Of a stretch of DNA of 64,000 bases, positions 20,555 through 31,394 are shown in pieces. A program made the position numbers and the translations under genes. The DNA comes from Bacteroidota bacterium (lineage in GTDB: Bacteria; Bacteroidota; Ignavibacteria; Kapaibacteriales; UBA2268), in contig SCSM01000007.1 in the NCBI GenBank assembly GCA_004322215.1, positions 192,071 to 256,070 on the forward strand. The letters run 5' to 3'. The notes beneath the pieces were generated by a model, which saw nothing but the letters and a program-made list of their open reading frames with translations, had not been told where the DNA came from and ran no database searches. How positions within the stretch are numbered: position 1 is the stretch's first letter; each line of letters begins with the position of its first letter.

Positions 20555-21634
20555 TTATTTGCTTACTTCAACCTGCAATAATTCTTTTTTATTTATTTTG
20601 AAATATTTCTTTTGGAACCACAAGGCAACATTAACCAAAGCAATCAAAGCAGGAACTTCAACTAATGGACCAATTACTGCAGCAAATGCCTCTCCCGAAT
20701 TGATTCCAAACACAGCAACTGCGACTGCAATAGCAAGCTCGAAATTGTTACTTGCCGCTGTAAATGACAATGTTGCTGTTTTCGAATAATCAGCACCAAT
20801 TTTCTTTCCCATATAAAATGATACTAAAAACATTATAACAAAATAAAGCAGTAGCGGAATAGCTATCCTCACAACATCGAGCGGTATCTTTACTATGTAT
20901 TCCCCTTTTAATGAAAACATAACAATTATTGTAAAAAGCAGGGCAATTAATGTAATCGGGCTGATTTTCGGAATGAACTTTTTATGATACCATTCTTTGT
21001 TTTTTATTTTGATTAAAGTGAATCTTGTTATTATTCCAGCAATAAAAGGGATACCGAGATATATAAAAACACTCTCAGCAATTTGACCTATAGTAACATC
21101 AACCTTGAAAGACTGAAGTCCAAGCCATTTTGGCAAAACTGTAATAAACACATAAGCATAAACAGAAAAGAACAGCACCTGGAATATTGAATTGAATGCA
21201 ACAAGTCCAGCGGCGTATTCAGTATCACCTTTGGCAAGTTCATTCCAGACGATTACCATTGCAATACATCTCGCAAGACCAATCATAATCAGGCCTGCCA
21301 TATAATGCGGATAGTCCTGGAGAAAAAGAATAGCAAGAAAGAACATTAGTATAGGACCGACAATCCAGTTTTGAACAAGTGACAATCCGAGAATTTTGAA
21401 ATTCTTAAAAACATCTCCCAGCTCTTCATACCTTACTTTAGCAAGCGGTGGATACATCATTAAAATCAATCCCACTGCAATTGGAATATTTGTCGTACCT
21501 GATTGAAATTGCTCCCAGAAGCCAACTATACCCGGGAATAAATATCCCGATATAACTCCAACAAACATTGCAAGAAAAATCCAGAGTGTTAAGAATCTGT
21601 CTAAGAAAGACAGCTTTTTCATAATTTCAGCCAT
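20555..21634 (-). CDS. acr3: ACR3 family arsenite efflux transporter
   Basis: [49 protein letters not shown]. Confidence 0.95.
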   Translation of the reverse strand: MAEIMKKLSFLDRFLTLWIFLAMFVGVISGYLFPGIVGFWEQFQSGTTNIPIAVGLILMMYPPLAKVRYEELGDVFKNFKILGLSLVQNWIVGPILMFFLAILFLQDYPHYMAGLIMIGLARCIAMVIVWNELAKGDTEYAAGLVAFNSIFQVLFFSVYAYVFITVLPKWLGLQSFKVDVTIGQIAESVFIYLGIPFIAGIITRFTLIKIKNKEWYHKKFIPKISPITLIALLFTIIVMFSLKGEYIVKIPLDVVRIAIPLLLYFVIMFLVSFYMGKKIGADYSKTATLSFTAASNNFELAIAVAVAVFGINSGEAFAAVIGPLVEVPALIALVNVALWFQKKYFKINKKELLQVEVSK

Positions 21635-21643
21635 TGAGAACTC

Positions 21644-21680
21644 GTTTTAATAGTTTTAAGTTTTAAGTTTTAAGTTTTTT
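21644..21680. repeat. Short tandem heptamer repeat (GTTTTAA)n
   Basis: GTTTTAA at 21644, 21653, 21660, 21667 plus one degenerate copy, between arsM and acr3. Confidence 0.6.
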
Positions 21681-21732
21681 AATTTATTCAACAATAAACA
21701 TTTATAACACAATATTTTTCCATTATCCTGTT

Positions 21733-22539
21733 TCAATTTTTCTCTGCTGTTACAGTTATGCTGACAATTGGATTAATGTGTTTCCTGAATTCATCAATCT
21801 CATTTAAATCGAGGTAATTCATAAGAATTGATGATGGAATTTTTATATTCTTTTCCTTTACAATCTGAATATTATCAAAACCGGATGATTTAATTATGTC
21901 CAGGTAATCAATTTTTTGTAAGGCACCAGCAACACATCCTGCATACATTTCAGCAGCTGATTGCAACTTGTCCGGGAGAATGGTATTCAGAACTATATCA
22001 GAAATGCAGAATCTTCCACCACTTTTAAGTACTCTGAATATTTCCGAAAAAGCTTTCTTCTTGTTCGGAACAAGATTTAATACACAATTGCTGATTACTA
22101 AATCTATGGTATCATTATCAACGGGTAAACTTTCGATTTCTCCGAGTCTGAATTCTACGTTTTCAAATTTAAGCTTCTTTTTATTTTCATTTGCTTTGTC
22201 GAGCATATCATGTGTCATATCTACACCAATAACCCTGCCTGATTCTCCGACATATCTTCTTGCGATGAATACATCGTTACCGGCACCTGCACCCAAATCG
22301 AGAACTGTTTCACCTTTTTGAATCTTTGCGAACTCTGTTGGCAATCCGCATCCCAAACCTAAATCAGCTTCGTCGAAATACCCTTCAATCGGCTTATAAT
22401 CATCACTCATCACCGAGTAATCTATCGTGTAAGGACCGCTTCCGCAGCACCCTGCACCTGCTTTCTGCTTCGATGATTGCCTCGCTATTTCACCGTATTT
22501 TTCTTTAACCAATTCTTTTATTTCCTCATCCGTTCTCAT
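21733..22539 (-). CDS. arsM: Arsenite S-adenosylmethionine methyltransferase
   Basis: GLGCGLP, VLDLGAGAGND, ISNCVLNL, GCVAGAL cysteines; N-terminal CC. Confidence 0.93.
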   Translation of the reverse strand: MRTDEEIKELVKEKYGEIARQSSKQKAGAGCCGSGPYTIDYSVMSDDYKPIEGYFDEADLGLGCGLPTEFAKIQKGETVLDLGAGAGNDVFIARRYVGESGRVIGVDMTHDMLDKANENKKKLKFENVEFRLGEIESLPVDNDTIDLVISNCVLNLVPNKKKAFSEIFRVLKSGGRFCISDIVLNTILPDKLQSAAEMYAGCVAGALQKIDYLDIIKSSGFDNIQIVKEKNIKIPSSILMNYLDLNEIDEFRKHINPIVSITVTAEKN

Positions 22540-22540
22540 T

Positions 22541-22960
22541 TTACACCTTTATATAATGTTTATAAAATTCTTTAAATTCTTCCATAATAAAATCACGAAC
22601 TTCCCTGTATTTATTCATCGTTTCTTCCTCATTTCCCGTAAATGTGTATGGGTCTTCAAATCCTATGTGTAACCTATGTTTTACTTTCCCTGTGAAGACA
22701 GGGCAAGTTTCTTTTGCATTGTCGCATACTGTTATTACATAATCAAAATCATCATTAATAAATTGGTCAACAGATTTCGGATATTGATTAGTAATATCAA
22801 TTCTTACTTCATTCATTACTTTAACAGCTTTTGAACTGATTTTTGTTGCAGGTACAGTTCCTGCAGAAAAGACATCAAGAGTAATATCGAGTGATTTTAA
22901 AAATCCTTCAGCCATTTGGCTTCGACAGGAATTTCCTGTGCATAGTATTAATATCTTCAT
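22541..22960 (-). CDS. arsC: Arsenate reductase (thioredoxin-coupled LMW-PTP family)
   Basis: CTGNSCRSQMAE, VITVCD..CP, FEDP; start moved from the ORF-track position to the ATG at 22960. Confidence 0.92.
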   Translation of the reverse strand: MKILILCTGNSCRSQMAEGFLKSLDITLDVFSAGTVPATKISSKAVKVMNEVRIDITNQYPKSVDQFINDDFDYVITVCDNAKETCPVFTGKVKHRLHIGFEDPYTFTGNEEETMNKYREVRDFIMEEFKEFYKHYIKV

Positions 22961-22988
22961 CTCTATATAATTTTTATTAATTACCTGA

Positions 22989-23333
22989 TTAAATATTACA
23001 AATTTTATTTCTATCGACAATTTCAAGCTTTCGTTTATCGGCTTTAATTCTTGCTTCGTCGTTTAACCATTCAGTCATAAGTTTCATTAGTTTTCTAACC
23101 TGAGGTTCATCGGTTTTGTCATTAAGCTTGTAATCAACCCATTTTCCGTTTTTTTCATCGAGAATGAATCCGGCGTCCCTAAGCAATGAAAGATGTTTCG
23201 ATACAGTTGAATTTGCCAGATTCAGTACTGCCCTGATTTCGCATACACACATAGGACAGTCTTCGAGCATTTTAAGTATTCGAAGTCTGTTTGAATCCGA
23301 CAAAGCTTTAAATATTTTTACATAATTTCTCAT
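22989..23333 (-). CDS. arsR: ArsR/SmtB family metalloregulatory repressor
   Basis: FKALSDSNRLRIL, MCVCEI As(III)-type box, VSKHLSLL. Confidence 0.92.
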   Translation of the reverse strand: MRNYVKIFKALSDSNRLRILKMLEDCPMCVCEIRAVLNLANSTVSKHLSLLRDAGFILDEKNGKWVDYKLNDKTDEPQVRKLMKLMTEWLNDEARIKADKRKLEIVDRNKICNI

Positions 23334-23347
23334 ATTTCCTCATTTTC

Positions 23348-23367
23348 ATTTCGTTATTTTACGAAAT
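23348..23367. promoter_or_regulatory. Putative ArsR operator (7-6-7 inverted repeat)
   Basis: ATTTCGT-tatttt-ACGAAAT, 14 bp upstream of the arsR start. Confidence 0.65.
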
Positions 23368-23434
23368 ATAAAAATAATTGTTTCATAAAAAAAATATTTT
23401 TTAAATATTACCTTTTAATGTTTAAATTAATAAT

Positions 23435-24547
23435 ATGAAAAATATTCTAATTCTCGGAGGTTATGGCAATTCCGGCAAACAGGTTGTCGAATTGCTTTTA
23501 AAATTTACTGATTGTAATATTATCATTGCCGGTAGGAGTTTGGAGAAATCGAAAATGCTTTCAGATAAATTAAATATTTTATTTGAAGGAAACCGGGTAT
23601 TCTTTAAGAGTCTTGACGCTGAAAATATTGATATGCTCACTATTGCTTTCAAAAAGATTGATATGGTTATTGTTTGTTCGTCAACCCTTCTATATTATAA
23701 AAATATAATTAACACAGCAATCGAAGCCGGTATTGATTACTTCGATATAAATATATCAAAAGAGAAAAATGATTATTTATTTTCAAAAGAAAACATTATT
23801 AAAGATAAACGACTTTGCTTTATAACTGATGGCGGCTTTCATCCCGGTGTTCCGGGCGCTTTGGTTAAATATGCATCAACAAAGTATGATTATATTGAAA
23901 TGGCAAATGTATATGGTTTGATGAAAATTAACTGGAAAAACTACTCTTTTTCTAAAGAAACAATTTTGGAATTTGTAAAAGAATTTCAAAATTTTAATAC
24001 CTTGACTTATAAAAATCACAATTGGAAAAAATTATCTTATTCCGAATCCGAAAAGGTTGATTTTGGAGAAGATTACGGTAAGCAGAAGTTTTATCCGATG
24101 CATCTCGATGAAATGAATGATTTACCTGAGAAACTCAATACCTTAAATGAAACTGGATTTTATGTATCAGGATTCAATTGGTTTGTTGATTATTTTATAT
24201 TGCCACTTGCCGTCATTCTATTAAAAATCTTCGGAAAATTTGCCTTGAATCCGGTTAGCAAAATGTTTGTCTTCGGATTAAAACATTTTTCCAAGCCGCC
24301 ATATAATATAATTCTAAAGTTAAAATCAGAAGGCCTTAAAAACGGAAGAAAATGTTTTTTTGAAATGAATTTAATTAATAAAGATGCTTATCAAATGACT
24401 GCAATTCCTGTCGCTGCTGCAATTAAACAATATCTTGTTCGAGATGAAAATACCGGTGTATGGTACCAATCAAATTTTGTAGAGCCGTTACAGTTTATCA
24501 AAGATATGGAATTATTTGGAATGAAAATCGAGGAATCCAATTGCTGA
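23435..24547 (+). CDS. Saccharopine dehydrogenase-like NAD(P)-binding oxidoreductase
   Basis: ILILGGYGNSG Rossmann fold, IIIAGRS, GGFHPGVPG. Confidence 0.8.
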   Translation: MKNILILGGYGNSGKQVVELLLKFTDCNIIIAGRSLEKSKMLSDKLNILFEGNRVFFKSLDAENIDMLTIAFKKIDMVIVCSSTLLYYKNIINTAIEAGIDYFDINISKEKNDYLFSKENIIKDKRLCFITDGGFHPGVPGALVKYASTKYDYIEMANVYGLMKINWKNYSFSKETILEFVKEFQNFNTLTYKNHNWKKLSYSESEKVDFGEDYGKQKFYPMHLDEMNDLPEKLNTLNETGFYVSGFNWFVDYFILPLAVILLKIFGKFALNPVSKMFVFGLKHFSKPPYNIILKLKSEGLKNGRKCFFEMNLINKDAYQMTAIPVAAAIKQYLVRDENTGVWYQSNFVEPLQFIKDMELFGMKIEESNC

Positions 24548-24550
24548 TTG

Positions 24551-25225
24551 TCAAACTCCTCTTGTATTCGGTTCCCAGATGTATTTATGAATTTGAAGCT
24601 GTAATCTTGCTTTAATATTACTTTCAAGCAGCCAATTAGCAAGTGTTACAGGTTCAATTATATCGAAAGCAGGTGAAAATAATATATTAGTAGTCTTTTT
24701 AGTTAATTTATACTGTTTAATGATTTCCATTGCCCAGTCAAAGTCCTTTCTATCGGCAATTACAAATTTGATTTCGTCTTTTTTATTAATGTAATTAATA
24801 TTTTCAAATTTATTTAACTTAACCATACCCGATGCAGGACACTTAATATCCATTATTTTAATTACTCTTTTATCTACTTCAGAAACATCGAAAGCACCGC
24901 TTGTTTCGAGTGAAACGGTTAATTTCTTATCGCATAAAAGCTTCATAAATGGTATTACATTTTCCTGGTTCAATGGTTCGCCACCGGTAATTTGGATAAA
25001 TTTACAACCGAATTTTTTTACTGATTCAATAATTTCACTGAATGTCATTTTGCTGCTGTCACCGTTAAATTTCAAGGCGTAAGGTGTATCGCACCATTTA
25101 CACCTTAATTTACAACCCTGTAAGCGAATGAAGACACAAGGTAAACCTGCCCTCGTACCTTCTCCCTGAATTGAATAAAATATTTCGGAGACATTCAATT
25201 TTATATCATTCGATAGTATTTTCAT
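24551..25225 (-). CDS. queE: 7-carboxy-7-deazaguanine synthase (radical SAM)
   Basis: EIFYSIQGEG, GCKLRCKWCDT, TGGEP, QLQIHKYIW. Confidence 0.9.
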   Translation of the reverse strand: MKILSNDIKLNVSEIFYSIQGEGTRAGLPCVFIRLQGCKLRCKWCDTPYALKFNGDSSKMTFSEIIESVKKFGCKFIQITGGEPLNQENVIPFMKLLCDKKLTVSLETSGAFDVSEVDKRVIKIMDIKCPASGMVKLNKFENINYINKKDEIKFVIADRKDFDWAMEIIKQYKLTKKTTNILFSPAFDIIEPVTLANWLLESNIKARLQLQIHKYIWEPNTRGV

Positions 25226-25347
25226 TTAAAAAATTCAATAATTCTTAAAATTTGTTTATGTTGAGCTTTCAATTTATAAAATCATTTAATAATAGCTAAA
25301 AATTTATTATATTTAAGTAAATTCTACAGAGTTTTTTCGATTAATAA

Positions 25348-28128
25348 GTGATGAAAATTAAATTAATCATTATATATCTGTTTTTAACGTTAATACCATC
25401 TGTATTTCTTTTATTTAATATAAAGAATAACAGCAATGATATTTATTATAATGTGGATACCCGATTAATGCATAAATTATCAAAAGCCGAACTTGCATTA
25501 ATTCGAACCGAATATGAATTTATGAAAATCCGAAATCCCTATACTAATTCTATTCCTAAAAATGCAAGGCAGAGGGAGCTCGAATTTTCCAGCCAAATAC
25601 CGACAAGAGAATCATTTCAAATGAAAAACAAAGATGTTACCCTTTCACAGCAATGGACTTCGATGGGTCCTAAGAATGTAAGCGGAAGAATGTTAGCTAT
25701 TGAATTTGATATAAATAATGAAAATGTAATTTTGGCTGGAAGTGCATCCGGTGGTATATGGAAATCAATTGACAGGGGCAATTCGTGGATTAGAACAAGT
25801 TCCCCTGATGATTTACTGGGTGTTACTTGCATAGCACAGGATTTGAGAATGGGTAAAAATAATATCTGGTATTACGGTTCAGGGGAATTGTTAAGTACAA
25901 CCGACAGAAGAATTACCACATCAGTCAGGACAATTGGTCTGGGTAATGGAATTTATAAATCAACTGATAACGGTTCGTCTTGGTTCCCGTTAAAGAAAAC
26001 ACAATGTCTATTGAATGGCAAACTGAGTGAGGTTTTCCAGGGTATTTGGAATATAAAAATTGATAAAAAGAGTGCTAATGAAGATATTTTATACGCTGCC
26101 TGTTATGGTGCAATAATGAGAAGTTCAAATGGTGGTAACTCATGGGATATGGTCCTTGGAGACACTAATAAAAAATCTTTTTCTACTGACATAGCAATGA
26201 CCGATAACGGCATTTATTATGCTTCATTAAGTACATTTACAAGTTCAGGCAAAAAGCCGGAATATACCGGCATTTGGAAATCAACAAACGGTATAAACTG
26301 GATAAACATTACTCCTGATGATTTCCCTTCCGAAACCAGAGTTATTAAATTAGCATTAGCTCCTTCGAATCATAATGTTTTGTATGTCATTACCGAGGTT
26401 CCACAACATTCCAAATCCATACAGGCATTTTATCCGTCTTATCATGGATTATATAAATTTACTGTTAATCCTTCAACAGGGCAAGGGACATGGGAAACAA
26501 AAACAGCAAATTTGCCCGGTGAAGGAACAGATAATTATGATGATAACAGTTTAAATACTTTAGGAGGTTATGCTCTCGTACTAAAAGTTAAACCGGATGA
26601 TGAAAATGTACTTTTCCTCGGTGGTACAAGCATGTTTAGAACAACTAATGGATTCAATGATTCAACAACAAATAAAAATATAGGCGGTTACCCTTATGAT
26701 TGGACTGTAAATGAATTGCATCCCGATATGCACGGTATTGCTTTTCTTCCGTCTAATCCCAATACCATGTTTGTTGCTAATGATGGGGGTATTCAGGTTA
26801 CAATCAATTGCATGGATGATTTTGTTAAATGGAATTATTCATCCGATGGATTGATAACTTCACAATTTTATACCATTGCAATTGACCATAAAGGAAATCA
26901 TGACGGTTTATACTTTGGTGGACTTCAGGATAATGCATCCCAGGTTTTGAATTCCGATGACCCCGACCAGTCATGGAAAACTATATACGGAGGTGATGGT
27001 ATGTCAACTGCAATCGCCGATAATGGCGATTTCCTTATCGGTTCTATTTATTACGGTTACATTTTTACATCTGACATTGAAGGAAATAAAATCATAATGC
27101 AAAGACCAAACATAATCGAGTGGTCACAAAGTTCATTTTATACTACCTTCACTCTGGATATTAATAACTCAAAAACCTTGTATTTATCTGCTAAGAACCA
27201 GGTATGGAGAAAAAATGACATTTCGGTTTCAGCATTCGATAGCAGCAGAGTTGAAGAAGGATGGGAGGAAATTTCTGCTGATAAAATTGGCTATTCTTCG
27301 TATGTTTCTGCCTTAAAAGCAGATTCTTCGAGATTATATATCGGAACAAGTAATGGTAAAGTATTTAGGTTGGATGACCCAAGAAGCAACAAAAATTCTC
27401 CTTATGAAATTACTTGTAAGGACTTCCCTTTCTTTGGTTTTATATCCTGCATTGAAACTGAGCCGGATAATTCTGACAATGTTTTTGTAGTATTCTCTAA
27501 TTATGCTGTCCTAAGTATATTTTATTCCTCCGATGGAGGAATGAATTGGACAAAACAGGGAGGAAATCTTGAGGGTAATTATGAAACAGGGACTTTGGGA
27601 CCATCTGTCAGATATGTCAAAATCCTGAAATTTCATGGCAAAACGGTTTACTTTGCAGGTACAAGTACCGGCTTGTATTCAACAACAGAACTTGTTGGCT
27701 CCAATACGGTTTGGGTGAAAGAAGCTTCCAATACAATAGGAAATTCAATTATCGATTATATCGATACCCGAAACACAGACGGTTTAGTTGTAATCGCCAC
27801 ACAAGGCAGCGGAGTCTTTAACGCATATTATTCAATTAGTGGTAATGATTCAAGAAACACGGAGAATTATTTTTCATTGGAACAGAATTCACCAAATCCT
27901 GCAGAAGATTATACGGATATTAAATTTTCAACTGAGAAACCCGGCAATTCAATCATCAATTTATATGATATGCACGGAAACTTTATTAAAAATATTACAA
28001 ATACATATTACCATACCGGTAACCATAGTATTAGATTGAATGTATCGAATTTAAAATCCGGAGTTTATTTTTATACTATGGAATCCGGTAATAAGAAACA
28101 AACAAAAAAAATGATTATTCTTCGATAA
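25348..28128 (+). CDS. T9SS-secreted BNR/Asp-box beta-propeller protein
   Basis: Repeated S.D.G.SW boxes; LHPDMH; GGLQDN; C-terminal QNSPNP...LKSGVYFY...KKMIILR T9SS type A CTD. Confidence 0.85.
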   Translation: MMKIKLIIIYLFLTLIPSVFLLFNIKNNSNDIYYNVDTRLMHKLSKAELALIRTEYEFMKIRNPYTNSIPKNARQRELEFSSQIPTRESFQMKNKDVTLSQQWTSMGPKNVSGRMLAIEFDINNENVILAGSASGGIWKSIDRGNSWIRTSSPDDLLGVTCIAQDLRMGKNNIWYYGSGELLSTTDRRITTSVRTIGLGNGIYKSTDNGSSWFPLKKTQCLLNGKLSEVFQGIWNIKIDKKSANEDILYAACYGAIMRSSNGGNSWDMVLGDTNKKSFSTDIAMTDNGIYYASLSTFTSSGKKPEYTGIWKSTNGINWINITPDDFPSETRVIKLALAPSNHNVLYVITEVPQHSKSIQAFYPSYHGLYKFTVNPSTGQGTWETKTANLPGEGTDNYDDNSLNTLGGYALVLKVKPDDENVLFLGGTSMFRTTNGFNDSTTNKNIGGYPYDWTVNELHPDMHGIAFLPSNPNTMFVANDGGIQVTINCMDDFVKWNYSSDGLITSQFYTIAIDHKGNHDGLYFGGLQDNASQVLNSDDPDQSWKTIYGGDGMSTAIADNGDFLIGSIYYGYIFTSDIEGNKIIMQRPNIIEWSQSSFYTTFTLDINNSKTLYLSAKNQVWRKNDISVSAFDSSRVEEGWEEISADKIGYSSYVSALKADSSRLYIGTSNGKVFRLDDPRSNKNSPYEITCKDFPFFGFISCIETEPDNSDNVFVVFSNYAVLSIFYSSDGGMNWTKQGGNLEGNYETGTLGPSVRYVKILKFHGKTVYFAGTSTGLYSTTELVGSNTVWVKEASNTIGNSIIDYIDTRNTDGLVVIATQGSGVFNAYYSISGNDSRNTENYFSLEQNSPNPAEDYTDIKFSTEKPGNSIINLYDMHGNFIKNITNTYYHTGNHSIRLNVSNLKSGVYFYTMESGNKKQTKKMIILR

Positions 28129-28138
28129 TATACATGAT

Positions 28139-29065
28139 ATGAGAATCTTATCCTTATTCTTTAGTGCTGACAGAAATTATATCGCTGTTGTTGATGAAAC
28201 CCCAAAAGGGCTTCGGCTGATTCATGTTAATTCAACCGAACATGGAATTGATTTATTTACTGCAAAAGATGATATTTTAGAATCAGCTATTAATGAATAC
28301 CATAAATTACTAAAGCTAATTCCCGAAAAAATCGAACAGCTTGTCATTACCTTACCTGCTGAGCATGTACTTGTATCAAAATTTCCCGGTAATGAAAATA
28401 TTTCAATGAATGATTTGAAAAAACTTGTCGAATTGGAAATTAAACAGAATTTTCCACAGTTTAATTATCATGATTTCACTTCAACGGTAATACCATTACT
28501 TCCGGGAATGGATAAGAAACTAATGCTAATGGGAATTATAATACCAAAGGATATTTATGCAACCTGCAAAATACTTTTGGAACCACTGGATTTGCCAATT
28601 AAAAATGTCGAAATCAGCCAGCTTAATACTCATTCGGCTTTTATTTATAATTATCCCGAACATTCTGACAAAGCTGTTGCTTTCTTCGGCATCAAAAAAA
28701 GATTTATAGATATTAGCGTCATAAAAGAAAAAAAGCCCTTATATTATAATCTTGTGTCGTATAAAGATAATGAATCAATTTGTGATATTTGTCATTCTGA
28801 ATTTACAAGAATAGTATCAGAATATATTGATAAAATTGATTTGGTATATTTCTTCGGTTACTCACTTACAAAAGAAATCCTCGATAAAGCAAAAGAAGTA
28901 CTTTCATCCAGTGTTGATTATATCGGAAGATTAAATGCCTTCAGAATGATGACAGCATCGCTTAGCGACAGGGAGAAAGATTATTGTTCGAGAGCTGCTC
29001 ATATTTACCCACCGTGCATCGGTGCATGTATTCCACCGTTCCACAACAGGATAAAATTAATATAA
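28139..29065 (+). CDS. Hypothetical protein, possibly PilM/FtsA-like actin fold
   Basis: VITLPAEHVLV...DLKKLVELEIKQNFP and IDISVIK patterns resemble PilM; weak similarity. Confidence 0.45.
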   Translation: MRILSLFFSADRNYIAVVDETPKGLRLIHVNSTEHGIDLFTAKDDILESAINEYHKLLKLIPEKIEQLVITLPAEHVLVSKFPGNENISMNDLKKLVELEIKQNFPQFNYHDFTSTVIPLLPGMDKKLMLMGIIIPKDIYATCKILLEPLDLPIKNVEISQLNTHSAFIYNYPEHSDKAVAFFGIKKRFIDISVIKEKKPLYYNLVSYKDNESICDICHSEFTRIVSEYIDKIDLVYFFGYSLTKEILDKAKEVLSSSVDYIGRLNAFRMMTASLSDREKDYCSRAAHIYPPCIGACIPPFHNRIKLI

Positions 29066-29640
29066 TGAGGATTGTGTCAGGTGATTTGAAAGGCAGGAGA
29101 ATCAAGGAGCAAATTCCCGCTTTTATTAGGCCCACAACTGATAAAGTCAGGGAAGCAATATTCAATATTCTGGAAAATCACATATCATTCGATGATTTAA
29201 TTATTGCCGACATTTGCGCGGGTACAGGTATGCTGGGTTTTGAAGCACTCAGCAGGGGATGCAAACAATGTTTTTTTGTAGATAAGAATATTCAATCCGT
29301 AAAATTTATTAAATCAACTGCAAAACTATTCGGAATTGATGATAAAAGATATATTATTCAGAAACATGACGCATTAAAATTTCTTAAAGAATTAAAAATT
29401 AATTTCCCTGATACACAATTTGATGTGATTTTTACAGACCCGCCATATAAAGCAAATTTCTTAAATCAAATGGTTGTTCTTATTAATTCTGAGAATTTAT
29501 TAAATAAAAATGGAATTTTTGTTGCAGAACATGATGATACCGAAGTTATCTTGTTCCCGGAAAGTTGGAATAAAATTTCTGATAAAACATACAGTATAAC
29601 CAGGGTTGAAATATTTCGTATTGTAGGAAAAAATTATTAG
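29065..29640 (+). CDS. rsmD: 16S rRNA m2G966 methyltransferase
   Basis: MRIVSG..KGR, RPTTDKVREAIFN, EALSRG, DPPY; the ATG at 29065 overlaps the upstream TAA. Confidence 0.92.
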   Translation: MRIVSGDLKGRRIKEQIPAFIRPTTDKVREAIFNILENHISFDDLIIADICAGTGMLGFEALSRGCKQCFFVDKNIQSVKFIKSTAKLFGIDDKRYIIQKHDALKFLKELKINFPDTQFDVIFTDPPYKANFLNQMVVLINSENLLNKNGIFVAEHDDTEVILFPESWNKISDKTYSITRVEIFRIVGKNY

Positions 29641-29652
29641 ATTCATATAATC

Positions 29653-29687
29653 ATTCCCCCTCTTTTCAGAGGGGGAATAAAAAAAAA
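29653..29687. terminator. Hairpin terminator between convergent rsmD and ALDH
   Basis: ATTCCCCCTCT-tttc-AGAGGGGGAAT followed by an A run. Confidence 0.75.
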
Positions 29688-31169
29688 TCAATAATTGTCA
29701 ATTTGTGCTCTTTGCAATTTCCCGGAGTAATCTATGTAAACGGTTTTCCATTCTGTGAAAATGTCAAATACAGTCCAGCCACCTTCGCGATGACCGTTGC
29801 CTGTACCTTTAACTCCTCCGAATGGCATGTGTGCTTCAGCACCGATAGTCGGACTGTTGATATAAGTTATACCGGCTTCTATGTCCCTCATTGCAATACA
29901 TGCTTCACCAATATCATTTGTATAAATTGATGAAGATAAACCATATTGAACTCCATTAGCAAGTTCGAGTGCGTGTTCAAATGAATCCGCCTTACTGACT
30001 GCGAGCACCGGACCGAAGATTTCATCGCGAAAGATTGTCATGTCTTTTGTGATGTCAACTATTATTGTAGGTCTATAAAATGAACCTTTTACCAATTCAC
30101 CTTCAGTAGCTCTTTCGCCTCCGAGAACTAACTTCCCGCCTTCCTTAACAGCGATTTTAACATAATTATCAATTTCGTTTAATGCAGTATTATGAATAAC
30201 AGGGCCTACCTGGGTTCCTTCCTTCAACCCATCTCCTAACTTTAATTTACTTGCTTTAGCAACAAGTAAATCTATAAATTTATTATAAATATCATTATGA
30301 ATAATCAGACGTGAAGTAGCAGTACATCTCTGTCCTGTCGTACCAAAAGCACCCCAAAGAACACCCTCGATTGCCGAATCCAAATCGGCTGATGGCATAA
30401 CTACCTGGGGATTCTTACCACCCATTTCGAGAGAGCATTTTTTATTTGTCCTTCCGCATATTTCGCCGATTTGATTGCCAATACTCGTCGAACCGGTGAA
30501 ACCGATTAAATTCACATCGGGATGCTCAACTATTAGATTACCCATACTTCCTTTTCCGAGAAGAACATTAAATACACCTGGAGGAATTCCCGCTTCCTCG
30601 AGAATTTCAGCAAATATTACACCTGAATGCGGCGAATCCTTCGATGGTTTATACACTACGGTATTTCCAGCTGCAATTGCCGGTAATATCTTCCATGAAG
30701 GCACAGCAACAGGGAAGTTCCACGCAGTGATTATACCGCATACCCCGACCGGAACTCTGAATGAAAGGTTGAATTTATTTAGCATCTCGCTTGGTGCCGT
30801 TTTACCGAATAACCTTCTTGTTTCGGATGCAGCATAATATGCAGTGTCAATCGCCTCCTGAACATCGCCTTCGGTTTCAAAAGTCGGCTTGCCCATTTCA
30901 CGAGTCATAATCCTTGCTAATTCCTTTTTCCTTCGTGAAAAAATGTCACCTGCTTTTCTCAACATATCACCTCTTTTGGGTGCAGGCACAAGCCGCCATG
31001 ATTTGAACGCCTTTTTTGCAGCGGCTACTGCCTCATTTACATCATCCTGACCGGATAAGGGAAATTTACCGATTATATCCCCGTGATTTGCGGGATTAAT
31101 ATTTTCAAATGTTTGGCCGCTTTTAGCAGATACCCATTGACCATTAATGTAATTCTTAAATTCCTGCAT
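29688..31169 (-). CDS. Aldehyde dehydrogenase family protein
   Basis: [37 protein letters not shown]. Confidence 0.93.
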   Translation of the reverse strand: MQEFKNYINGQWVSAKSGQTFENINPANHGDIIGKFPLSGQDDVNEAVAAAKKAFKSWRLVPAPKRGDMLRKAGDIFSRRKKELARIMTREMGKPTFETEGDVQEAIDTAYYAASETRRLFGKTAPSEMLNKFNLSFRVPVGVCGIITAWNFPVAVPSWKILPAIAAGNTVVYKPSKDSPHSGVIFAEILEEAGIPPGVFNVLLGKGSMGNLIVEHPDVNLIGFTGSTSIGNQIGEICGRTNKKCSLEMGGKNPQVVMPSADLDSAIEGVLWGAFGTTGQRCTATSRLIIHNDIYNKFIDLLVAKASKLKLGDGLKEGTQVGPVIHNTALNEIDNYVKIAVKEGGKLVLGGERATEGELVKGSFYRPTIIVDITKDMTIFRDEIFGPVLAVSKADSFEHALELANGVQYGLSSSIYTNDIGEACIAMRDIEAGITYINSPTIGAEAHMPFGGVKGTGNGHREGGWTVFDIFTEWKTVYIDYSGKLQRAQIDNY

Positions 31170-31394
31170 TGATTATCTCCTGAATGAATACTTAATATTT
31201 TCTTCTACTTTGAAAAATATTGATAAAATAAAATTAAAAAAATATGTATTTTGCGATTTATTAATTATTAATCAAAGTCCTATACTTAATTAATTAACAA
31301 AAATACAATCATTGAATATGAAAAAAAATTTGTGTTTTACAATTAATTTGTAAATTTTAATTGGGGAATTTATTTTAATTAAAACTAAAGGAAA

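Noticed and set aside
24551..25225. queE as part of a 7-deazaguanine DNA-modification (dpd) system
   Set aside because: No dpdA/tgt-like, queC, queD or folE neighbours; about 24 kb from the R-M locus; no preQ1 riboswitch recognised
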